Shown in pieces: positions 40,665-52,600 of a stretch of DNA of 64,000 nucleotides. This DNA is from Lytechinus pictus. Its lineage: Eukaryota. Every line of letters begins with the position of its first letter. Position 1 is the stretch's first letter. The DNA lies in assembly GCF_037042905.1 (NCBI RefSeq), contig NC_087263.1, positions 14,448,001-14,512,000 of the forward strand, given 5' to 3'. The translations under genes were made by a program, and so were the position numbers. The notes below the pieces were generated by a model. That model saw nothing but the letters and a program-made list of their open reading frames with translations. It was not told where the DNA came from and searched no databases.

Positions 40665-43600
40665 GTAAGTATGAACTACGAGAACAGCCCCGAAAAGCCC
40701 CCGGTGATGTCGATCTTGTCACTTCATGAGTTCGAGTTCACCTCCGGCCGCCTCCCAAACCGGACCGGGGAGCTCTCCCGCAAAGCGCGGCTCCAGATCC
40801 AGCCAGGTGGACTGGCAGTGAATTTCGTTATCTTACTCGATCCCAATCGAACTGAGTTGGGAAGGGAAAAAAATGTATTTCACATGTCCTTCTTCTTCTT
40901 CTTCTGGAAACAGTACAGTTCACCGTCTGGTGTATTGTCGTACTGGTTGTATGTTAATAAAGTCAAGATCAAATGATTACCGTACTTACTTAGGATACTT
41001 ATGGATGCTTCTGAACGCAGTCTAAGAGTAAGACTCTATATTCAGTTCCAAATTCTGTCTCCTTTTTAGGTTGGCCGGATCATGTCCTGGTGGGTCAGCG
41101 TCAAACTTGTACTTCACAGGTTCACATTTCCAATACTTATCCAGTCCATTCTCGAAGCTGTGGACACTGGGTGCATTTACTAATTCATTACTAGTCTTAG
41201 ACTTAGGCTATTCCAAGGTTTCCTCATTCTTATGTGAAAAGAATTCTTACGTTTCTCAGTTACTGACCTCGGAATGTACAATTTCTTATCATGACCTCTG
41301 GTAGGCCCATGCACCTGGCCCAAATCTGGCACTACCTCTTGGTCATACCTGTGAAATAACTTGTATGTTTCGATCATATCTCCTCGCGCACGGCGATATG
41401 CTAATGTAGGAAGTTTTAGTTGAATCAATCTTTGTTCATATGGAAGGTTCTTTACTTCAGGTACCAACTTAGTGGCCCTTCTTTGTACATTTTCTATTGC
41501 TTGAATATGTTTCTTTAAGTATGGACTCCATACTGCATGAGCATACTCCAAGTGAGGTCTAATCAATGCTTTGTATAGGAGTAGGAAGTTCTCCTTGTGA
41601 AGATAAACAAATGTTCTCCTAATTAGATTCATTAGCCTATTGGCTTTATTTATCTTTGACTGAAAGTGCTGGTCAAAACTAAGCTTTGTGTCGACAATCA
41701 CTCCTAAATCTTTACTAGTTTCAACTTGTGATAGATTATGTGAAGCATTATCATGTGTCATAGTATATTCATTGAATTCATCATTCTTTGTACCAATAGT
41801 AAGTACACAACATTTATCCGGGTGGAACTTTAATAGCCACTTGTCTGACCATGACACAAGACGATCTAAGTCCGCTTGTAATAACTCAGCATCTCTGTCA
41901 TTATTAACATGCTTGTATAACTTGGTGTCATCTGCAAATAAATGAACAGTACTTGACGAAATCTGATCCGGTAAATCATTAATGTACATTACAAAAAGCA
42001 GGGGTCCGAGGACACTCCCTTGCGGTATTCCGCTGGTTACATCAGCCCAGTCAGAGAACACACCATTCACACAAACTCGGTGCTGTCGACCAACAAGAAA
42101 AGACCTGACCCACTTACATATGAGCTTAGATATGCCAAATCCCTCAATTTTGGCTAAAAGTCTCTGGTGTGGGACCTTATCAAAGGCTTTCATGAAATCT
42201 AGGTAGATGACATCAACTGCACCAACCAAAAAATTACACGGGGGCGGCGGGCGAATTCGCCCCAGAAAGTCCAAAAAGAGCCCCGGAAAAGGGCTAAATA
42301 CATTCACACGAGGGCGACTGCAAAACTCATAATCGCCCCCGTCAACACTGTATATTTATGTAGCATTTCATGCATACGTACGTGATTGCATTTAAATTAT
42401 ACATTATACATTATATTGCATTTAAATGTGTACTTGTTTGCATTTGCGTGTGACCGCTTATATTACAATCTTGAGCTGTTTCCTACGCGCACACCAATTG
42501 TGCTACAAAATCCCAAACTCATTGCCCGACTGCAGTTGCGAACATCACGTATATATGTACGTAAATCACCGCGGAGCTGCCCGCAGAGTCACACAAGCAA
42601 ATACAAGATACAGTGGCACAATAACATTGCTCATTTCAGCGCACGCGAGTCCATCATAGGATCGTGTCAGCTAAGAGAACTTACCTGTGAATCTCTGTTT
42701 ACGGGCGTGAATAGAGCATGTGGTACATGTGCCTGTGAATTCGAGATGGTACCGGTGTGTATGTGGTAAATTGTTATTGTGGTATATTTCTTGACTGTGT
42801 AGTGTGTAAATTGAGGGGGAGACAAGGAAATATGTCATACTAATGATACTATCACATCTCCCCCTCAATTTTGTTTGTAAATAATGAAAATGTAACTGAT
42901 GTTAAATTATACTGGAAGAAGAGACAGTAGAGTAGTAGACAAAATTCACTAGAATTATTAGAATAAATCAGTACATCTTGTTAAAGCAGAGCCTGCAGCA
43001 GAGCAGCCCTGCACTGCTGACCAGCATCCCTTCAATGTGTCACACACACACACACACACCCTCACACACCCCGACACACACACAAACGCAAAAAAGCCGC
43101 GAAATAGCTCCAGAAATTGTAGCCCTGGAAAGTGGAAAAAGAGCCCTGGAAAATGAAAAAGTAGCCCTGGAAATTTTTTAAGTTTCTCCAAAAAGAGCCA
43201 TGGAAAGAAAAAAAGTAATTTTTTGGTTGAACTGCACCACCAACCTCCAACATATTCGTCCAATCATCTAACACATTGAGTAATTGTAACATTGTTGATC
43301 GTCCTGATACAAATCCAAATTGTTTTGAACTGAGAAGGTTGGTGCTCCTCACATGCTCATATATTTCATCCCTCAGGATAGACTCCATGATTTTACATAC
43401 AATACATGTAAGACTTATTGGTCTGTAGTTTGAAGGGAGTTTACGATCACCCTTTTTGAATACGGCACTGACATTGGCCTTTTTCCACACATTTGGTACT
43501 ACGCCTGATGTAAGAGAGTTTGAGTAAATAATACTCAGAGGTTTTGCAAGAACAGGTGCCAGTTCACGCAAGACACGGGGATGCAACCCATCTGGCCCTG

Positions 43601-46600
43601 GTGATTTTGATATATTCAAACTCTCTAATTTCTTTAATACACACTCTTCAGTAATAACAATTGTGTCTAGAATATGAACATCATGATGTTTAACAGATGG
43701 GAGAGGTCCATCAGGATCTTTAGTAAAGACACTAGAAAAATGCTTCAATAGTGCATTTGACTTCCCTACATCTGATTCTGTCAATGTTTTACTACTTCCA
43801 GTTCCATCCTGGTAGAGTGGTGGTATTCCACTCTTTACTTTTGTCTTGTATTTTGCATACTGCCAGAATTTTTTAGGATTAGATTTTACTTCTTTGGCAA
43901 TGTTTGACTCATATCGTTTTTGACAATGTCTTGTCGCAGTTTTCACTTTATTTCTGATTGTGTTATAAGTTTTCTTCTTTTCTACAGTTTTGTCTCTAAT
44001 ATATCTTTCCCAGGCTCTGTGCTTTTTCTTAATCAATTTCAAGGTGTCATAATCAACTGGGAAATCACTTCCTTTGCCCCATGCATGTTTACCACATGTT
44101 ACTACAGAAGGAATAAATTCATCCTCAGCTTCATCAATTATACTCAAAACATGAGACCACTGCTGATTTACATCATTCAATGCCGATAGTTCTTCTTCCC
44201 AATTTATAGAGCTTAGTTTCTCTCTCATACCTCCAAAGTTACCTTTATCATACACAAACCGTTTTTTCTCATTTGAACTACAATCTGCATAACAAAGTAG
44301 GTCAAAAACCAAGACAGAATGATCACTGAGTCCTAAAGGACTACAATGTTCAAGATTGGCTAGCATGCCTTCTTCACTAGTAAAGATCAAATCGAGGACA
44401 TTAGGTCTAGAATTGAATCTAAACCTTGTAGGATCAGAGACATGTTGAAACAGGAAGGCATCCCTTACACATTCAATAAATTTAAATTCTTCACTTGCTT
44501 CACTCTTTGAAGTTGTCCAAGAGTCCCAATCAATCTCTGGGTAATTAAAATCACCCAGTACAAGTAAATGGCTATAATTCAAATCTGAAACATGTGAGAT
44601 CAATTGACGGAGATTCTCATTATTTCTACTAGCAGCACTATCACTCCTGTAAATACAACCGATTATAAACAGCTTATCAGAATGCTTCAAACACAGTTTG
44701 AGCCAAACTGCTTCCTCGAAATGAATACTCTCAAAACTCACTTGATTTACATTCAATGACTTATGAACATACAATACGATACCTCTACCAACAGCCTTGT
44801 CAATGTTTGTGTGATAAAATGTAAAACCTTCCAATATAAAGTCTTCATCGCTCAAATCTCTGAAATGTTTTGGTTTTGCCTCAGTGATCGCTATGATATG
44901 TGGTTTCTCTTTCTTCACGAGAGCTTTTAGTTCACACATTTTGTTGCGCAATGAATCTGCATTGGTGTAAACACATTTTAAGCTAGAACTAAAATTAGAA
45001 ACTGGTGATGTATTTGAACTTTTCTTACTATTCACTTGTTTACGTAGTAAATTTGTTCTATCTAACCTAGGACTATTTACATTAAGACTATGTACATTAT
45101 TTACAGTTGGAGGCCTCTGTACTGGGCCACTACTGCTGGACGCTTGGTCCAGATTCCCTGACTCCATTCGGTCAAAAGGCAGGGGTAGCCTGCACGATCT
45201 TCCCATGGCTTATCTTCAGGTTTTGCTCTCCAGCCTCTTTTCTCTGCTTGAGCTCTTCGCGGAGTTTTCTATTCTCAACGCGCTGCTGGTAGGTTAGGTC
45301 AGGAGTAACATACACATTGCTAATAACTCCATTCGGATTTCCACGCAGCTTGGAAGCCTGAGATAGCACATTCTTCTTGGCACTCTTATCAGCAAACGAG
45401 ATTCTCAGAAGTCGAGATTTACCGGCCACTTTCTTGCCAAGACGGATTGGCTTCTATACCACAACTGCATCTGGGACGTTGAGCTGGTTGAGGATAATTT
45501 TGGTTTGGTCAAAATCATGTGCAACACGATCCTTAACCTCATCAGAATCCAACTCAGGGACATTATGAAGGATTACATTACATTCCCTCTCTGCCTGATC
45601 CTTACTCTCTTCCATGTACTTCTTAACCTTCTCCTCCACAAGTGCCTCAATGTTTTCAACCTTTGTAGAAGATTTCTCCAACATCATGACATGAGAAGTA
45701 AGAGCATCGATCTTCTTCACCAATTCTCCAATAATACTTTGCATTGCTTCAACAGAGGGATCCATTTCACTTACATGATCTCTTTTGGCGGACACACTGA
45801 CCTTTGAATGGCAATCACAACAAAACCACATGAGATTTGGAGACCCGCGGTTCATAAGACGATATTCCGGCGCAGAAATATTAGCACAATTCTGATGAAC
45901 CCAACCATCACAACCCTGACACAAGATGGCATTGTCATTATCCGTAACAACTTCCAGACATTCCAAACAAAATCTACTCCACCTGAGGCCGAATGACTCA
46001 ATGCATTTCCACGGGACTGGCTAACATTTCCCTCTTGGCTACCACCATCTCTGACCCTACCATTCTGATTCGAAACCTGACTAACACTAGCACTAGCTCC
46101 AAGCTGGCTGGAACTAGAAGTAGATGAACGGGTAATAATACCGCCAGAGGCATGAGAAGTGGTGGTAGTTGGAGTTCCCACATTCTTAGGGCCAGGACTG
46201 CCCTTCTTATTCTTCCCCTTTCCAGTCATATTTAACAAGCACACGTACACCACGTAGGCCTACACCAAATCAAATGATCAAGCCAGAATAATCCGAAGAT
46301 AAGGCTGAAATACAGCTGAAAGGCACAAAACACAAAGCTTATGCATGAAATGCTGCTTAAAAGCAGAAATATCAAACACTCACAATCATATCTGACGATA
46401 ATCAAGAGTCAATACAATACACACAACCACTCTTGAAAAAAACCAGCACAAAAGACAGTGAATGGGACTAATTCAAGAAGTAGACACTGCTAGTCCTAAT
46501 TTAACTCTATAATTTTTCATTTGTTCAATCTTGATCTTTTGTAAAAGTACACTGTATGAAATGCTTAATACTCACAGATGTCAAAACATGTTTAATTAAG

Positions 46601-49600
46601 ATAGGATGTTCAAGAAGTCCTAGTGATTTTTTTGGATTAATATTATTAGAAGTCTGCAGCCCAGTATCCACACACTAGCGCCATACATCAAAGGGCCTAA
46701 TTTGACTCATTTTGAGTCAGCATACCTCGGAGTTTATGCCAAATATTAAATTTGGTAAGACTAAGAAGTAAGATTTAGATCTAACGTTAGATCTAACTTG
46801 ATCATTTTGAATGATGATTGACAATTTTTGATGATTGTCTTTTTATTAAATTTTAATCAATCAAGAAATGGTCATGTCATGGTTTAGACTAGTAGAGACA
46901 CTTAAGCATAATTGGACCAAAAGTACAATCTTTGAATCAAATAAAAATCATGTTTACAATGTCATGAGTGTGGAATTTAATTTAATGTCATGAAAAAATA
47001 GAATCGAAAAAATTTATGGTAAACGGAAATTTACTATTCATCAAAAGCTTGTTTTTTGCCAAAAATCGGATGCAGTTTCCAAATATCGGACGCGTAGAGT
47101 TGTGCGGCGCAATCGATTTCGGTGATTTAAATCGCGCTCTAGACCCGAAAATAATTGTTTGATTTTTGATAGAATAATTTATTTCAGCTGCGCAAACGCC
47201 AATTTTATAACTATCAAATTTTGATATAGAAATCGGTAAATAATGATAATTTACAAAACGGACCTCTTTTGGCTCCGAAGATGGGACGTCTTTGTTCAGT
47301 TGCGTGCGACTTTGTTCTGAAAACCAGCGCGCGCGCGTCAACAGCACGCATTTCCATTTCAATCAGCCGATATGTCTGATGTGTGGGATCGTGCCATATT
47401 TGGAAGGGTGTTGAATTTCCCGCCTTAAGGAACCCCCGCGGAGGCCATTGCAGATTTTTCTGTGATAGATCGAACATCTGCGATCCTCGGCAGTGATATT
47501 TCTGGCGGAAATCACTTCCCCCTTACGCAGGGCTCCACACTAACCCATTTTTTCTACTGGTCCAACCTATTCATGTCGGACCAGTAGATACCCAGTTTTT
47601 CAATTTTTTACTGGTCCGAACCTAAAATCTACTGGTCCCAAAAAATAAAGAAAAACATGAAAAAAGGCACAAGTTTATTTTTTTAGCCTTTCGTTACCCC
47701 CCCCCCCATAAAATGAAGGAATGGAGGACAAAAAGAAAGCAAGACAGAAACGAAGAAAGAATAAAACAAAGGAAGGAATGAAGAAAGGAAGAAAAAAAAA
47801 GAAAAGGTAAAGAAAGGATAGATGTGAAGGAAGGAAAAAAAAAAGAAAGAAGGAAAGGAAGGAAGGAATAAAGAAAGAACAAAAATAAGAAAGAAAGAAA
47901 GAACAAAAGAAATAAAGGAAAGAAATGAAGCAAGCAATAAAGAAAGAAAGAACAAAAGACAGAAAGTAGTGAAGGAAAGAGAGAAGAAGCAATAAAAAGG
48001 AAAGGGTAAAAGGAGCCGATGGAAAGAAGGAAAAAAGAAAGAAAGAAACTGAGAAGGAAGGATTGAAAGAAGGAAGAAAGAACGAAATAAAGAAAAGGTA
48101 AAATGATAGATAGAAGGAAAGAAATGAATAAAGAAGGAAGGAAGCAAGCAAGCAATATAAAAAAAAAAGGTAAAAGAATAGATGAAAGGAAGAAAAAAAA
48201 GAAAGACTGAGAGACAAAGAAAGGAAGGAATGAAAGAAGAAAGAGAAAGGAAGCAAGCATTAAAAAAAAAAGGGTAAAAGGATATAGATTGAACAAAGGG
48301 AAAAAGGAAAGAACAAGACAGATAGAAGAAAGGAAGGAATGAATGAAAGAAAGAAAGAAAGGGCTGAAAGAAGGAATAAATAAAAAAAAACAAGAAAGGT
48401 TAGAGAAATGATGGATGGAAGGAAGAAAGAAACAAAGAATGAAGGAAAGAAACGGGTAAAAAAGAAGGAAAGAAAGGAAGAAGAGAAGAGATAAATAAAG
48501 GATGGATGGACTCAAGAATTAAAGAAAGAAAGGAATAAAAAAAGAAAGAAAGAAAGAGAAAAAAGAAATAGAGAAAAAAATTTGTTTTAAAGGATAGAAA
48601 GAATGAAAGAACGAATTAACGAAAAAAAAAGGGAAATTAAAAAAGACAGTAACAAAAAAATGAAAGAAGAGAGGGAAGAAACAAAGAAAGATTGAAAAGA
48701 ATGAAGGAAAGAAAGATAGGAAGAAAACAGAGAAAGAAAGTTAAAACTATCATCATAAAAAAATTATCAGTTTCTTTTTGGCTCAATTAAAATAGCTACG
48801 AAAGAAAGTCAGAAACCAAGTGTATCAACACACACATAAATGCATATGTGGGGTTATCATGTATTCAGACGATATCACTCGAAACCCGATCTGTTTGAAC
48901 TAAAACAGAAGTGAAAATTTCTCCTTTTACTGCTTACAAATGACAGAGTTACTCCAATTTTTAGGAAATATGGACATTATAAGAGCCTTTCATGAGTGTG
49001 AACCATGAATTTTGACAGTTCTGTGAGAGATTTCTGCCAGAGTTTAGCCAAGCTTCGTTCGTGCAGCCAGTAGAGAATTTACCATGTTGGTTGTGTGGCT
49101 GGCTACATGTACACTGTATAGTACTCTAGTAACACGTGCGATTCGTTCTGTGTGTATTCTGTGTGTGAATGTCAGAATTTAGCGGGGAAAATGGTTTGCA
49201 GTGAATTTGACCATTTCTGGAAAAGTTTTTGGCCCAACAATGGTTTTTATTCCTGGTCATGTCGGACCCATAAATCTTGCTATTTTTGGAAAAATTACTG
49301 GCCCGACAATGATGTTTTTTACTGGTCATGTCGGACCAGTAAATCTTCCTATTTCTGAAAATCTCCGGGCCCGAGCCCTGCCCTTACGAGATTTTTTTTT
49401 TTATCATCGATCTTTTGGAGTCCATAATCAGCGAGGGTCATAAGAATCTCAAAATGGGAACCAGCGTGTACAACTCTATGGAGAATTTTCCACGCTGGTT
49501 CCCATTTCAGCGAGAAGATTAAACTAGTTTACTCTACTTTCTGAAATGGGTATCAGCGTATACAACTCTATAAGGAGTTTTCCACGCTAGTTCCCATTTT

Positions 49601-52600
49601 AAGGAGTAGATTAAACTTGTTTACTTTATACAACTCTTACAAAGATTCTTGTAATTTGATTAAATGGATTGAACAGAGCCTCAACTCGCGTGAGGATAGA
49701 TCGCCTAATGAACCCATGTGCATGCATCAAGTATACTACTCGCTGAAATGGGAACCAGCGTGTAAAACTCTAGGGGGACTTTTCCATGCTACATGTAGTT
49801 CCCATTTTAGCGAGTAGATTAAACTTATACTCTACTCGCTGAAATGGGAACCAGCGTGTACAACTCTATGGGGAATTTTCCATACTGGTTCCCATTTTAG
49901 TGAGTACATGTAGATTAAACTAGTTTACTTGCTGAAATGGGGACCAGCGTGTACATCTCTATGGCGAGTTTTCCCTCACCGTTTCCCATTTCAACCAGTA
50001 GAGAAAAGACAGCGACGAAATCAGTCTTTCTTATCTACATGTAAGCTATTTGAAGGATTTAGAATCAGTGCGCCAGCCGTGGTGAAGCAGTGAGCAAGCT
50101 CAAAAAGGTAGGCAGGTCATGTCTTGTCGTGTAAAAAGTGTCCGGTAGAAATTAGGAACTGGTTCCCAATTTCACGATAATGCAGACAACCTCAGGCTCG
50201 TATAGGCTCCTCTAAACTTCACTACCGCTACCCTCCGCTCCACCTAGATATCAACCATCGGGGGACAAATACTCGCTCTCAAAAACTAGTGACAAACTGT
50301 GGCACTTTCTGGTAACAAAGGCAACATATTACATTGACTAAACTTACTTTCGGACACAAACTCACTCCTTGCCCTTTCTTGTAAACGTCTCGAAATCGGT
50401 GATTTGAAGCCGACCCTGCTTCTTCACTCTGAGCTATTATTAGCCGCCGCATGCTCTGGAAATATCGCACAGATTCCGCATATTTAAGGGGAAAATTTGA
50501 CTTTTTAAAGGGAATTTTGAAGTTCACATCAGGACTTGCATGTGGTGAGTGATAATGCCTGTGGTGATTGACTGTACATTAAAATTGTTGCAATAAGATA
50601 AATTCTGAATTTCCTTGACAAGCTATTTTTAAAAATCTGACATTTCTTCACAAATAAAAAAGCTAGATAAAACGTTTTTTTAAGAAACCATGATAAAAAT
50701 TTGCCCGTGGTCGCGCTGCTGTCTTCTTGGCTTTTGTTCTGCAACTTTAATAGCAGAACTTTTGAGCAATGTCGGTTGGTTAGTCACTCAGTGAGATGAT
50801 TGTAACACTACATGTACATGGTTCTATTTGCCCAAAGATTGCGCAGAACTTTGTGAAATGAAGAAGATGTTGAGTCTTGTGTGTGTATGCTCTCTCAACA
50901 ACATTAACAATCTTCACCATTTACAATATACTTTTTGTGTTTGACAGACTGGATGCTGTAGAGTTTAGGGTACTTATCTCAGACAACTTATGCTATTCGG
51001 TTGACTATATCACAAAATTGTGATATCCCCATTGGATACATGTTTATAAGAATTGCATTTGTCGGTATTTGCAATGGCCTCCTTTATGGGTCTTACTCTT
51101 AAAGATTGCAATATAGGAGCAATTTCATTGGAGTTGTTACATCCTGGACTCCTTTGAGCATGATGTGTTGTACTTGTAGAGATATGTTATCAAAATAGCC
51201 TTTTATTTGCTATCACTTCCTGGTAGGAAGTTGTTGAAACAAGTGACTGGGAAGTTGTTGAGGTTTTCTTTACCATATTTATACCATGATACATGTAGGT
51301 GCTCTCCAGGCTTGACTTAAGACGGTTTCAAACCGCCTCGATCACAAGAATCCCCGTTAAATTACGAGAACATTTTTAGGCTAAAAAATACCCATTAATT
51401 ATTCTGCATTCACACCGCCCCGAAACATACCCTTCGGGATAAATTCCTGAAGTTAGGAGCATGCGCAGTATGGTCTTATAAGCAGGCAAGGCACGAGATT
51501 CAAAACCACTAGCCCAGCAGCCACCCACGGCGCCCGCGCCCAACGACACGCTGGGCTAAAAGTTCCCGTAAATTGCTTTCACATTGCCAAAATACCTGCG
51601 ACCTTGGAAAAATCCCCGCGATAGTTCTCGTAATTTCGCCAAGTACCTACTATTTAGCGGGTATTTTCTTTCGGGGAAATTACGCATAGTTTGCTTTCAC
51701 ATTACCAAAATACCTGGTATTTTCTGATCGGGGTATATTTCCCGATCAGAGAATACCTGGAACTGACGAACTTCGAGGCGGTCTGAAACCACCTTATGGT
51801 GGGAGCTTGGTGGGAGCTTGGTGGGGGGGGGGTATCAGTAAACAAGATCCAGGAAGACTCCAGTGCCTTCAGAACTGTCAAAAAATCAAAAGGATGAACT
51901 GTGCTATCCCTCTCCTATAAAATGAACTTCACTGGCTACCTGTTTCCTAAATCTAGAATACAGGCCGGCTTCAATCTCTTGCCCCCTGTCTTTGGAACAA
52001 ACTAAAATGTTTACTGATACTCTCTGAAACATCTCTTCTCTTAACTCTTAAAAATATCTTAAAACACACCTGTATCTTGTCTTAAAGGACAAGTCCACCC
52101 CAACAAAAAGTTGATTTGAATCAAAAGAGAAAAATCCAAAAAGCATGATACTGAAAATTTCATCAAAATCGGATGTAAAATATGAAAAGGGTTTGCACAG
52201 CAGACTAGTACTAGTATATGTACTACAGGCAGGTACATGTACTCGGTCAGCTGCATATGGTTGTATCATGTAGATTTCAAGACAAAAAAAATGGTCAAGA
52301 TTTGATAAAAATCCGTCAAAGAATAACAGACTTATGAATTGATAATAATTTTGTGACGTCACATGAAGTCACATTTCAGTCAATTAAGATTTCTTGTAAT
52401 TTTCCTTGTGGATGGCACTTAATTTTATGTACAGTTTTGAGACAGCTACAGAAAATGGGTTTGGCTAGTTTTTTATTTGGCTTGTTTTAAAAAAGCTTTG
52501 ATTTGATATCAGTATCATGTTTTAGAAACTTTGTGTTTCAACTTTTTATCACCACATTCTTTTCATTATTTTAACTTTTTTTTAAAGGTATGTGAGGATT

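Larger units (their letters stand above)
40983..46690 (-). mobile_element. Near full-length CR1-clade LINE, antisense in MYLIP-like intron 1 (5' end approximate)
   Basis: PHD-finger ORF1, APE+RT ORF2, 3' stem-loop at 41011-41045 and (TAAG)n tail. Confidence 0.9.

Noticed and set aside
40665..40976. Extension of the 132-aa ORF beyond MYLIP-like exon 1
   Set aside because: A strong gtaagt donor at 40665 joins in phase to exon 2, and the downstream translation has no FERM similarity.
43403..43410. TACATGTA in CR1 ORF2 as a footprint
   Set aside because: It encodes part of the conserved SLTCIVCK motif with no extra residues, so it is a chance occurrence.
47675..48515. Long Phe/Leu/Ser-rich 'membrane protein' ORFs (also 14465-14770)
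   Set aside because: Stop-poor low-complexity pyrimidine strand inside non-autonomous transposons.
49451..49992. CRISPR-like repeat-spacer array
   Set aside because: The loops are copies of each other rather than unique spacers, there are no cas genes, and the context is a eukaryotic intron.
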